The notes beneath the pieces were generated by a model. That model was not told the DNA's origin. It searched no databases and worked only from the letters and a program-made list of their open reading frames with translations. A DNA stretch of 64,000 bases from an uncultured bacterium (GTDB taxonomy: Bacteria > Patescibacteriota > Minisyncoccia > Phycocordibacterales > UBA9973): assembly GCA_903894565.1 (NCBI GenBank), contig CAITQP010000016.1, forward strand, positions 16,927-80,926. Reading direction: 5' to 3'. Numbering within the stretch: position 1 is the first letter of the stretch; every line of letters begins with the position of its first letter. Below are positions 49,644 through 57,935 of this stretch, one piece after another. A program made the translations under genes and the position numbers.

Positions 49644-50939
49644 ATGAAATCATTTTTCAAAAAAATCATCACGATTATCCTTACACTTATTGCCAAAGGA
49701 ATTTTGTGGCGACATAATCCTCGCGTCATAGCTGTGACTGGCTCAGTAGGGAAAACAAGCACCAAAGATGCGATTTACACAGTGCTCAAAGGCCAAGGGA
49801 GCGTACGTCGCAGTGACAAGAGTTTCAACAGCGAGCTCGGTGTTCCACTCTCGATCATTGGTGCATCAAGCGGTTGGAACAATCCGTTTGCTTGGCTTGG
49901 AGTTATCGCAAGTGGTATTTTTCAAATTCTCGAACCACGTGGGAGCTATCCAAAAACACTCGTACTTGAAGTTGGGGCAGATCGCCCAGGTGATATAAGC
50001 TCAATTGCAAAGTGGATCAAGCCACATGTCGTTGTTATTACACGATTACCAGAAATTCCAGTGCACATTGAATTCTTTCCAACACTTGAGTCATTAATCG
50101 AAGAAAAGCTATCACTCGCGAAAGGACTTCGCAAAGAAGGCACGCTTGTTTTGAACGCGGATGATCATCGAGTACTCGCAGCAAAAGAAAAAATGCATGC
50201 AAAGACAGTCACGTACGGGTTGAATCCCGATGCAGATATTCGCGCAAGCAATCTGCAGTTGCTTGCTCCAGGAGAGATTTTTGCTGAAGGTGGTCTGACC
50301 TTTAAGCTCGAATTCGATGGCAAAAGTTTGCCAGTGACGCTTCCAAATATTTATTCTGAAACATTTGTTACGGTTGCACTTGCGGCACTCACTGTCGCAT
50401 ATGTCTCTGATGTGAATATGATTGCTGCGATCGGGGATCTCGCTCTGTATGAGACACCGCCAGGACGCGTACGATTGATCCCTGGTCTCAACGAGACGGT
50501 TTTGATTGATGATTCATACAACTCATCACCAACTGCCTGCGAAGCTGGACTTCACATGCTTCGTGATATTCCGTTTGGGAAACGTAAAATTGCGATGCTC
50601 GGAGATATGCTTGAGCTTGGTAAACATACCAATGATGCTCACATTGAAATCGGCCGTGTCGCCAAAGACTGCGCCGACGTTTTGATCACGGTCGGGCTAC
50701 GCGCAAAAGAATTTGCCGTCGGCGCCCGCAAATCCAAAATGAACGAAAAGAAAATCATCGAATGTGCTGACGCACACGAGGCAGCCGAAACATATGCAGA
50801 AATGCGCAAAGCAGGTGACATTGTCTACATCAAAGGATCACAAAGTATGCGTATGGAAAATGCCGTAAAAATGCTTATGGCCGAACCCGAGAAAGCAAGC
50901 AAGTTGCTCGTACGTCAGGAGACTGAGTGGGAAGGGTAG
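49644..50939 (+). CDS. murF: UDP-N-acetylmuramoyl-tripeptide--D-alanyl-D-alanine ligase
   Basis: P-loop AVTGSVGKTSTK, Mur ligase middle and C-terminal domains. Confidence 0.85.
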   Translation: MKSFFKKIITIILTLIAKGILWRHNPRVIAVTGSVGKTSTKDAIYTVLKGQGSVRRSDKSFNSELGVPLSIIGASSGWNNPFAWLGVIASGIFQILEPRGSYPKTLVLEVGADRPGDISSIAKWIKPHVVVITRLPEIPVHIEFFPTLESLIEEKLSLAKGLRKEGTLVLNADDHRVLAAKEKMHAKTVTYGLNPDADIRASNLQLLAPGEIFAEGGLTFKLEFDGKSLPVTLPNIYSETFVTVALAALTVAYVSDVNMIAAIGDLALYETPPGRVRLIPGLNETVLIDDSYNSSPTACEAGLHMLRDIPFGKRKIAMLGDMLELGKHTNDAHIEIGRVAKDCADVLITVGLRAKEFAVGARKSKMNEKKIIECADAHEAAETYAEMRKAGDIVYIKGSQSMRMENAVKMLMAEPEKASKLLVRQETEWEG

Positions 50940-50962
50940 TAGCCTCGGGTATCGTCGTGTAT

Positions 50963-50991
50963 TGACTATTTTCTATTATACGTGTTATAAT
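50963..50991 (+). promoter_or_regulatory. Near-consensus sigma70 promoter (TTGACT-N17-TATAAT)
   Basis: -35 at 50963..50968, -10 at 50986..50991, about 35 nt upstream of the 51027 ORF. Confidence 0.5.
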
Positions 50992-51026
50992 ATAAATAAT
51001 ATTCACGGGCACAGGCCTTTAAAAAT

Positions 51027-51299
51027 TTGGACATGAAAAAATTAACCATTTTTGCCTTATTAAGTGTAGGCACAAGTTGCTATGGTCAAGAAATATTAAA
51101 CGCAACGAAAGTAACTGATACAGTCTCAGTCGCTAAGGTGAGCGATTCGATGAGAATAGTGAACTATCAAAATGAAATAAAAAAGCTGAAAGCTCAAATC
51201 AATCAGAATGAGAAAACAATCAAGGCTCTTTTGATTCAAAAATCAGGCTTGCAATATCAGATTAGGAATCAGCCTAGTACACAACATTACGGGAGGTAG
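51027..51299 (+). CDS. small secreted coiled-coil protein
   Basis: Signal peptide then heptad-repeat region. Confidence 0.45.
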   Translation: MDMKKLTIFALLSVGTSCYGQEILNATKVTDTVSVAKVSDSMRIVNYQNEIKKLKAQINQNEKTIKALLIQKSGLQYQIRNQPSTQHYGR

Positions 51300-51375
51300 A
51301 TGTTCTAACAATCTCTGAACAATAAAAGCGCTGGAATAAAACCAGTGCTTTTTGTTTGTACAGTACAGAACGAAG

Positions 51376-51951
51376 TTAAAACATTCGTTGTCTATTTCTG
51401 CCGAGAAGTATTGTGAGCCCAATTCCGTAATTCATCACACAAATCCAAAGCGGGAAGATGATGAGTGAGAAGTTGAGTGTGCCGACAGCAAACGCTCCGA
51501 GTAGTCCGCCTGTACCACATATCATATATGCGCTGAATGTTTCGGTGCTTGGTTCTTTGTATGTTTTGATGACGGTGAGCATGCTTGCGAGCATATCAAT
51601 CGCGATGGTGATCACAATCGCGAAGAGTGGTTCGTTGGTCAGATACCAGAGCACGAGCCCGACGCCTGAAGCAACGAGCGCGAAGATATCGAGTCGAGAA
51701 GCACCACCCATGCCGTATTTGATAGAGAGTGCAAAAATGATGATGACGATGAGACAATCGATACCGGTTGTGATGAGTGACCATGTGCCACCTTTGGCAA
51801 ACTGAGCAAAGAAGGCGATCGTGAGGAGTACACTCCAGATGAACCATGTTGCGCGTTCTGGCTTCGTCTTAAGGCGAAAAATGTCGCTAATATACGGCAC
51901 GGCTGAAATCGTGATGAGGAGGCCCGAGGCGTAGCCGAGGAGTTCTTGCAT
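51376..51951 (-). CDS. hypothetical polytopic membrane protein
   Basis: 191 aa, six hydrophobic helices. Confidence 0.5.
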   Translation of the reverse strand: MQELLGYASGLLITISAVPYISDIFRLKTKPERATWFIWSVLLTIAFFAQFAKGGTWSLITTGIDCLIVIIIFALSIKYGMGGASRLDIFALVASGVGLVLWYLTNEPLFAIVITIAIDMLASMLTVIKTYKEPSTETFSAYMICGTGGLLGAFAVGTLNFSLIIFPLWICVMNYGIGLTILLGRNRQRMF

Positions 51952-52275
51952 AAGAATCTCAGTATACCAGGCATCTATTTGCTTGTCTTTACAAGAGGAT
52001 TACTTTGACATTTAGATACAATATCTTTGTAAATGGAAGTTTTTATGTAGAAACCCAAAAATACGCAAAGTGCATTGGGGTCATAGGTTCATTTAGCATG
52101 AACCAAAAAAATGAAATTGTACTTGCATCCAAATGGCTCGCAGGTACACGTGCGTACGCCCTAGAGGGTTATTATTACGCACGGGAACCTATATCATTAT
52201 ATGAAGTACACAGCATTCGCTTGTCTTTTTGTGTAAAAATGATTTCTGTTGTAGTCTAATCAAAACAATTGAAAA

Positions 52276-52668
52276 TTGATTAATCTGAAAGATTCTTCGA
52301 CTTGGCAATTGGTTCGTTTTGGATTGGTCGGACTTTCCGGCATTCTTTTGTATTATGGAATTTTATTTACACTAACTCAGTACTTTCACTTTTGGTATCT
52401 TTTGTCTGCGGTCATCGCGTACTGTATTTGTTTTGTCTGGAATTTTTTCTTACAAAAATTCTGGGCATTTAAAAATAAAGATCAAAAAAAGATTAAACGC
52501 CAAATGTTTTGGTACTCGGTAATGTATATAGCATTTTTTATTACAAATACTGTTGCGCTCTATGTGCTGGTGGATATGATTCACCTTTGGTACATATATG
52601 CTCAAATTATACTCACGGTTGTACTGAGTATAATTAGTTATTTTTCAACCAAACGAATTTTTGCCTAA
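52276..52668 (+). CDS. GtrA-family membrane protein (polysaccharide synthesis/flippase-associated)
   Basis: WQLVRFGLVGLSG...FFLQKFWAFKN; 4 TM. Confidence 0.65.
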   Translation: MINLKDSSTWQLVRFGLVGLSGILLYYGILFTLTQYFHFWYLLSAVIAYCICFVWNFFLQKFWAFKNKDQKKIKRQMFWYSVMYIAFFITNTVALYVLVDMIHLWYIYAQIILTVVLSIISYFSTKRIFA

Positions 52669-52695
52669 GGTCCTGCACGATGCAGGACCTTTTTG
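52668..52695 (+). terminator. Intrinsic terminator after gtrA-like gene
   Basis: AGGTCCTGCA-CGA-TGCAGGACCT hairpin plus TTTT. Confidence 0.65.
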
Positions 52696-52766
52696 TTATA
52701 TACTATTGACTTTTTTAAAATAAGTTATATTATGAATTTCATAAATTCATTCAAACTACATCGCAT

Positions 52767-53036
52767 ATGGAATTAGAAGATACTGTACCGGTTTCCACCG
52801 ACGACTACGTTTTACTTGGAAAACTTTTTGTAATGCTTACGGCTCGTAATGGGATGCCGTTTCCTGCAGAAATCCTGACTAAAAAGAAAAAAGAAATTGC
52901 GAGGAAGTTGAGTATAGACGATGGCAAAGTCGTAGCGTTGTACCAACTATTATTTACGTTGTCGGTGCAACTCCCACTGACAGCTGAGATTCAAAACCCA
53001 ATCGGTTTTGATCAGCATAAAAAAAGAGAGACATAA
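52767..53036 (+). CDS. small hypothetical protein (cassette 1)
   Basis: 89 aa. Own TTGACT promoter-like element upstream and hairpin terminator downstream. Confidence 0.4.
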   Translation: MELEDTVPVSTDDYVLLGKLFVMLTARNGMPFPAEILTKKKKEIARKLSIDDGKVVALYQLLFTLSVQLPLTAEIQNPIGFDQHKKRET

Positions 53037-53040
53037 CTCA

Positions 53041-53079
53041 AAAAGGAACAGAAGGGAACATACCCGCTGTTCCTTTTTT
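53041..53079 (+). terminator. Intrinsic terminator T1 (GGAACAG...CTGTTCC family)
   Basis: AAAAGGAACAGAAGGGAACATACCCGCTGTTCCTTTTTT. Paralogous to T2 at 53760. Confidence 0.6.
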
Positions 53080-53148
53080 GTATTTGACACTTTTGTATTT
53101 TATGATATATTAACAAACAAATAGTTTGTTGAAAAAAACGAATTTGAG

Positions 53149-53195
53149 AGCTTTGTTTAAATCCCAGAGACGCCCTAATCTATGGCCTTTGTGGG
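53149..53195 (+). promoter_or_regulatory. Perfect 11-bp inverted repeat (TTTAAATCCCA...TGGGATTTAAA) with 25-nt spacer upstream of the 53234 gene; adjacent AACAAAtagTTTGTT palindrome at 53106..53120
   Basis: Read directly from sequence. Possible operator or 5' UTR structure. Confidence 0.4.
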
Positions 53196-53233
53196 ATTTA
53201 AATAATATCTCTTAACTTTTAATACAAACAAAA

Positions 53234-53758
53234 ATGAAAAAAGTCGCCGTATTTCTTGTTGTGCTCCTGATGTTGGGGCTCGACTACACCGGAATTTATT
53301 ACGCATATCCGTATGCGATTCATCATGTTTCCGACCCAGTATTAAATTTCCTGGTCAGGGTTTTGATTGAATGTGTTGCCGTTCTCTGGGTCTGCCCAGT
53401 GACATCGTCTTTGTTCATCTATCTCACGCCGTATGGTAGAAGTTTTAATCTGAACCTCAGGCAAGAGCAGGAAAGAGAAAAAATCGCACGGAAAATATAT
53501 TTGTATACCGCGGCTTCTCTTATTGTAATTATAACCTGTCTGGTATTCCCGTGGACTTGGCATAATTTGGCCTACAGCACGAAAACTTTTATGGCGTCTT
53601 TCAATGAGAATACAGAGACCATTCAGTATCGTTTTTTACCTATTACGATCATTGGTTCGTCTGAAATGATGAAAACGTACGTCTCTCTTGTATGCAGTGG
53701 GATGCTTTCAGTAGCATTATTCGCTCGCGGTTACGTTAAGTTCAAAAAGAAACAATAA
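53234..53758 (+). CDS. hypothetical membrane protein (cassette 2)
   Basis: 174 aa, four hydrophobic helices. Confidence 0.45.
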   Translation: MKKVAVFLVVLLMLGLDYTGIYYAYPYAIHHVSDPVLNFLVRVLIECVAVLWVCPVTSSLFIYLTPYGRSFNLNLRQEQEREKIARKIYLYTAASLIVIITCLVFPWTWHNLAYSTKTFMASFNENTETIQYRFLPITIIGSSEMMKTYVSLVCSGMLSVALFARGYVKFKKKQ

Positions 53759-53759
53759 C

Positions 53760-53791
53760 AAAAGGAACAGGGACATACTCTGTTCCTTTTT
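53760..53791 (+). terminator. Intrinsic terminator T2 (paralog of T1)
   Basis: AAAAGGAACAGGGACATACTCTGTTCCTTTTT. Confidence 0.6.
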
Positions 53792-53880
53792 CTTTTGTGC
53801 AGTATTGTTGCAGGGGAAAAATTGACTAAATATATTTTGTGTACTATTTTAAATTTAAATCAAAAAACAAGGAGGTAAAA

Positions 53881-54189
53881 ATGGTTGGCACTGTAATCTT
53901 AATAAAAGAGTTAGACGCGTTGTACGGGGCATACCCTCACGTGAAGAATCTGTTCCCAGAGTTTCTTGAAAACTGGGGCTTGGTTGAAAAGACACCACAA
54001 TGGGCGAGGGCTAATATTGAGCGAGCGCTCAATGAACGTCAACCCGATTGGGGTGGGCTGAAAATCCTTTACCGAAAGGATTCAAATCTTAGGATTGCAG
54101 TTGTCCTTCGCGACCATCCAAATGCTGCATTCATCGATGCATGGGATGCGAGCACAGGGCAATCCTGCGAGGTTCCTGAGCTTGGGTAA
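53881..54189 (+). CDS. small hypothetical protein (cassette 3)
   Basis: Start at ATG after AAGGAGGT RBS. TTGACT promoter-like element at ~53808. Terminator 54209..54245. Confidence 0.45.
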   Translation: MVGTVILIKELDALYGAYPHVKNLFPEFLENWGLVEKTPQWARANIERALNERQPDWGGLKILYRKDSNLRIAVVLRDHPNAAFIDAWDASTGQSCEVPELG

Positions 54190-54273
54190 ATTCAGAAGGC
54201 AAAATTAAAAAGAGAAGTGGGAAACAAATTCCACTTCTCTTTTTGCATGATTAGATTGGACAACAAGTAACGT

Positions 54274-54301
54274 TGACAAAAACATATTTATATTTAAAAT
54301 A
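54274..54301 (+). promoter_or_regulatory. sigma70-like promoter copy A (TTGACA-N16-TAAAAT)
   Basis: 34-bp element 54271..54304 is 31/34 identical to 55521..55554. Confidence 0.5.
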
Positions 54302-54316
54302 TGCAAAACGATCATT

Positions 54317-54724
54317 ATGCCTATTATTCGTATTAGAAAGACAGCAAAACCTTGGGAGAAAGTAGAAGCCAACGATTCAAACGAAATGTACTTCTACCAA
54401 GCAATAGCCACCCGCTTTGAAAATGGTGACTGCCTTATCTGGGATGACAAACTCGGCTTAGAAGTTCGCCGACTCGTACCGGAGGAAGCCTTTGAGGATA
54501 CGGGTGACGGAAAACTTGAGTACGTCAATTTATTTTTCAATGGTATGGTGTCCACAAAAAGGAGGAATATAGGGGTTAAGCGCATCAAACTGAACCCGGC
54601 TATGGCTGATAAAGCCTTCCATCTCGACCTCGTTGAGCAACAAGGCTTTGCGCTTGAGCGATCAACCGTTTTTCCTGGCGAGTGCTATACGCTGAGATTT
54701 GTCGAAGAACTTCCTGAAGATTAA
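54317..54724 (+). CDS. small hypothetical protein (cassette 4)
   Basis: 135 aa. Hairpin terminator 54753..54776. Confidence 0.45.
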   Translation: MPIIRIRKTAKPWEKVEANDSNEMYFYQAIATRFENGDCLIWDDKLGLEVRRLVPEEAFEDTGDGKLEYVNLFFNGMVSTKRRNIGVKRIKLNPAMADKAFHLDLVEQQGFALERSTVFPGECYTLRFVEELPED

Positions 54725-54915
54725 GAAAAAATAGTATTAAACGCATTAAACACCCTCTATTCATTTAGGGGGTTTTGCTATTTATGTAGAATCTACGCGT
54801 GAGCCAGCTTGGTCGAAATTTGACAAATAAATTAATAATGTTAGATTAATTTATAAGAAGGCACAAAAAAGGGTAGGACCACGCCTGAGCAGTATTTCTC
54901 ATTAAAAATATTTTT

Positions 54916-55305
54916 ATGACTAGAAAATTAATTGCGCTCTGCGCCTTTTTGATTATTTGGGGCTCGACTTCAGCTCAAGATAAGATTTCTCAATCAAAGT
55001 TTAAGGAACTATTTGTGTTGATCAAAAAACACGGATTGGCCTCTACTGTGACAGCACACCTGACTGATACCACCATAGTACTTGGGAAATTGGACAGTGT
55101 TCGAATCTCGGCAGTTGAGGATACTGTCAAAAAGGATTCGACTCTAATTTTTAGACAAGACTTTATTATGGCAAGTATCTCTACTAAAAAAAACCGTGAC
55201 TTACTAGTAGAAGTCGAGGGTGGTTTATTTGGAAACATTCCATCGTATAAAGACGAACAGAGAGCGAAAAAAATGGTTACTCGTGTTTGTGCGATAATGA
55301 AGTAA
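54916..55305 (+). CDS. small secreted hypothetical protein (cassette 5)
   Basis: Signal peptide (LCAFLIIWGSTSA-QD), 129 aa. Confidence 0.45.
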   Translation: MTRKLIALCAFLIIWGSTSAQDKISQSKFKELFVLIKKHGLASTVTAHLTDTTIVLGKLDSVRISAVEDTVKKDSTLIFRQDFIMASISTKKNRDLLVEVEGGLFGNIPSYKDEQRAKKMVTRVCAIMK

Positions 55306-55431
55306 GGCAAAAACTAAAATAAACTATGTTGTACTTTAATTGATTTAATAATCATCACTGATATTTTTTTTCAGGGTGGTTATTTTTTTTGCTTAGAATG
55401 AATGGAAGGAAAATAATTTTTTTAAAAAAAC

Positions 55432-55473
55432 TGTGACCCACTGTAGCCGAAACTGGAACCTGATTCATACGCA
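55432..55473 (+). repeat. 42-bp direct repeat, copy 1 (TGTGACCCACTGTAGCCGAAACTGGAACCTGATTCATACGCA)
   Basis: 36/42 identical to copy 2 at 56075..56116. Five of six differences are C/T transitions. Confidence 0.7.
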
Positions 55474-55524
55474 GGTCAAGGACTTAGTGTCGTGACGCCA
55501 AGCTGTTGAGCCTAAATGATAATG

Positions 55525-55552
55525 TTGACAAAAATATATTTATATTTATAAT
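55525..55552 (+). promoter_or_regulatory. sigma70 consensus promoter copy B (TTGACA-N16-TATAAT)
   Basis: Duplicate of the 54271..54304 element, with a consensus -10. Confidence 0.55.
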
Positions 55553-55583
55553 ATAAAAAACAATCAAATTCAAACTGGAAAAC

Positions 55584-56030
55584 ATGAAGAACGACAACAA
55601 GTTATCTCTTTCTGAAATGATTGAGAACAGTACCATAGACGGGGCTTTTCATTTAGATACAGTCCCTGGAATAAACTCAATAGATGGTCTGAATAAAACA
55701 TTCCTGATGTTTTATGAGTATCCGAATCGGAGACAAATATTTATGGATCTCCTTTCCAAATCTGAGTGGGGTGGTTCCACTTTAATTTCCACGCTTAATC
55801 GCCCGAGTCTTCTCAGTGCACTTAGGTTTGGCGGAGTAGATTATTTAGTACAAGGCAAAACGTATATGGTGCCGAACAATTTGTTTACGGATATTAATTC
55901 CATAAACAGAACCATTGCAAAAAAATGGAAAGGTAAAATATATTTTTTTGACGATGTGCAGGATGAAGCAAACTCAATTATTCATGTTAGAGATTTAAAA
56001 TTGCTGCATGGAAAATTGCCGACAAATTAA
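55584..56030 (+). CDS. small hypothetical protein (cassette 6), flanked by 42-bp direct repeats
   Basis: 148 aa. Shares a short AFHLD-V motif with the 54317 gene product (possibly chance). Confidence 0.45.
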   Translation: MKNDNKLSLSEMIENSTIDGAFHLDTVPGINSIDGLNKTFLMFYEYPNRRQIFMDLLSKSEWGGSTLISTLNRPSLLSALRFGGVDYLVQGKTYMVPNNLFTDINSINRTIAKKWKGKIYFFDDVQDEANSIIHVRDLKLLHGKLPTN

Positions 56031-56074
56031 ACAGAACTACGGGGGACAAGAGGAAACTTTTGTTCCTTTTGTTT

Positions 56075-56116
56075 TTATAAAATTTGTGACCCATTGTAGC
56101 CGAAATTGGAATCAGA
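56075..56116 (+). repeat. 42-bp direct repeat, copy 2
   Basis: TGTGACCCATTGTAGCCGAAATTGGAATCAGATTTATATGCA. Confidence 0.7.
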
Positions 56117-56130
56117 TTTATATGCAATGT

Positions 56131-56167
56131 AATGATTTTTAAATAAAAATAAACCCGAGATTTCTCG
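56131..56167. terminator. Bidirectional intrinsic terminator
   Basis: ACCCGAGA-TT-TCTCGGGT hairpin flanked by an A-tract and a T-tract, between convergent genes. Confidence 0.65.
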
Positions 56168-56198
56168 GGTTTATTTCAAATAATTTTTAATTGATGAA

Positions 56199-56909
56199 CT
56201 AACGGTAACTTAATGTCTTGAAACTTTGCAATGGAAATGTGTTTTTTCCTGTAAGATCTACCAACTGATAGTAATACATTTTTCCTGGCAGTAAGTTATT
56301 CATGCCTCCTATCCCTTGATGAAACCCCTGAATATCTCCCGGGATGAGCTGACAGTTCAAGAGGAATGCCAAATTATCGGGGTCCGTACCAAATTTGACG
56401 CCCGCAATAAGATTAACCCCAGTTGCATCGCCGTTGTAAACACACATAACGCTCGCTGATGTTTGAGTAATGTCCTGAGCAACAATTCTCATTGTTTTGA
56501 AAACTATGTTTTCAATAGCTGCTTTAGCGGTGGTTAACTGGAGTGTATCTGAAGAAGTAATAATTTTGTTACCCTTTTCATTTACAACCCAGAAGTAGTA
56601 TTCCTTACCTGGCAGCATACCGTATAAATTTGCCTGGTACACGTTCGGAGGCATACCATTGTTCCACATGTTAGGGTTGGTACTGGTGTTGTATGTCATA
56701 GTCCATACCCCACGTTGTGTACCAGCATAAATAACAGTGGAACTGCCTTCCTCAACAGGGAGATTGTAAACAATTTGTATCTCGGCTTGTGTGCCTGAGA
56801 CCCTCCCGATTGCTACAGAGATTTTCTGGGCGCTTACTTTTGCTGAGCAAAAGAAGGACATCAATAATAGTGCTGTGGCGTACAGCTTAGCCGTCATGTT
56901 GTATTTCAT
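56199..56909 (-). CDS. secreted protein with two fibronectin type III-like domains
   Basis: Signal peptide. Two ~100-aa repeats each ending LPGKEYYFWVV / LLPGKMYYYQLV. Confidence 0.5.
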   Translation of the reverse strand: MKYNMTAKLYATALLLMSFFCSAKVSAQKISVAIGRVSGTQAEIQIVYNLPVEEGSSTVIYAGTQRGVWTMTYNTSTNPNMWNNGMPPNVYQANLYGMLPGKEYYFWVVNEKGNKIITSSDTLQLTTAKAAIENIVFKTMRIVAQDITQTSASVMCVYNGDATGVNLIAGVKFGTDPDNLAFLLNCQLIPGDIQGFHQGIGGMNNLLPGKMYYYQLVDLTGKNTFPLQSFKTLSYR

Positions 56910-57044
56910 AATCTAATTGTTAATGAGCCCCCTTGATTTAATGAACCTCTTCAATTACCACTATGGTCACTGAAGAGGCTCATTAAAAACACGAAAAACG
57001 ATTCTTTTTCATACTACAATAAATCCATAAATAGTCAAATTTTG

Positions 57045-57116
57045 TGACTCTACGGGGAATCGAACCCCGATTACTGCCTTGAGAAGGCGGTGTCCTAACC
57101 GTTAGACGATAGAGCC
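57045..57116 (-). tRNA. tRNA-Glu (anticodon CTC)
   Basis: Manual fold on minus strand: acceptor GGCTCTA/TAGAGTC, D-loop AACGGTTA, anticodon loop TTCTCAA, T-arm GGGG-TTCGATT-CCCC. One C.A mismatch in anticodon stem. No CCA encoded. Confidence 0.7.
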
Positions 57117-57232
57117 GATGAAAACGGCTCGAAAATCATAGCATTTTTTGTCACTTTCGTAAATAGACGGCTTGACTCGTGTGCTATACTCAAATGAGGA
57201 AGAAATCATTATTAGTTAATTGATTTATTTTT

Positions 57233-57472
57233 ATGCACACAGTTACTGTCTACTCAACGCCATCATGTCACTTCTGCCACATGGCGAAAGATTATTTCAA
57301 AGAAAAGGGAGTCGAGTTCACTGATATCGACGTCGCCGCTGATCCTGCAAAGCGCAAGGAAATGGTCGACCTCACCAAACAGCTCGGCGTGCCAGTCATT
57401 CGTATCGACGATTCATTTGTTGTTGGATTCAACAAGCCACGACTCATGGAACTCCTCGGACTGTCCGACTAA
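57233..57472 (+). CDS. glutaredoxin-like protein (NrdH/YruB-type thioredoxin fold)
   Basis: 79 aa, CHFC active site near N-terminus. Confidence 0.7.
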   Translation: MHTVTVYSTPSCHFCHMAKDYFKEKGVEFTDIDVAADPAKRKEMVDLTKQLGVPVIRIDDSFVVGFNKPRLMELLGLSD

Positions 57473-57527
57473 CCAGAAATCATGTATGCTAAAGGCACCC
57501 TTCGGGGTGTTTTTTGCTATTCGCTTG

Positions 57528-57602
57528 CCCTTGTAGTTCAATGGATAGAACTGTCGCGTCCTAAGCGATCAATGTCGGTCCGATTCCGGCCGAGGGCACC
57601 AT
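57528..57602 (+). tRNA. tRNA-Arg (anticodon CCT), CCA encoded
   Basis: Acceptor GCCCTTG/CGAGGGC, D-arm GTTC-AATGGATA-GAAC, anticodon stem GTCGC/GCGAT, loop GTCCTAA, T-arm GTCGG-TCCGATT-CCGGC. Confidence 0.75.
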
Positions 57603-57637
57603 TTGAGAATCAAGCACAATTGTGTTACAGTACGTGC

Positions 57638-57928
57638 ATGGACGCCGATGACAAGAAAAAACTCGATCGCATACTCGAACTTGCGGAAGAGAACAATCAA
57701 TACATTCGGAAAGTCCGCACTTCACAAAAGACGTCTCAAATGTTTAAGGCGATCTATTGGGTTGTGATCATCGTCTTTGTACTTGGTGGGTTTTATTACA
57801 TACAACCATACTTCAAGACGCTCACAGGTATCTATTCTGCAACGACAGGGAAGTCAGCGAATTTTCAATTCTCTGATACAGCCCAGATTCAGAATCTTCT
57901 CGAACAGTTCAAAGGTCAAATCAAATAG
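57638..57928 (+). CDS. small membrane protein, hypothetical
   Basis: Start trimmed to ATG after tRNA-Arg. One TM. Confidence 0.4.
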   Translation: MDADDKKKLDRILELAEENNQYIRKVRTSQKTSQMFKAIYWVVIIVFVLGGFYYIQPYFKTLTGIYSATTGKSANFQFSDTAQIQNLLEQFKGQIK

Positions 57929-57935
57929 ACCTAAT

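Noticed and set aside
52005-52259. 84-aa ORF between the membrane-protein gene and the gtrA-like gene
   Set aside because: No RBS or promoter-like context was apparent. Composition is non-coding-like (runs of Tyr/Phe from AT-rich DNA). It is more likely intergenic sequence.
54317-56030. Paralogy between the 135-aa and 148-aa cassette proteins that share near-identical promoters
   Set aside because: Only a 5-6 residue AFHLD-V coincidence is shared, and at opposite ends of the proteins. That is insufficient to claim homology. The duplication appears confined to the promoter DNA.
52690-56200. Possible CRISPR array or integron cassette array suggested by repeated intergenic elements
   Set aside because: The repeats are promoters, terminators and one pair of 42-bp direct repeats. 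They are not regularly spaced identical repeats with unique spacers. The cassettes carry their own promoters, and no intI-like integrase or attC-type imperfect palindromes with GTTRRRY cores were seen. No cas genes are in the window.
57482-57637. N-terminal extension of ORF 57482..57928 (148 aa)
   Set aside because: The first ~50 codons overlap tRNA-Arg (57528..57602) on the same strand. The true CDS most likely starts at ATG 57638.
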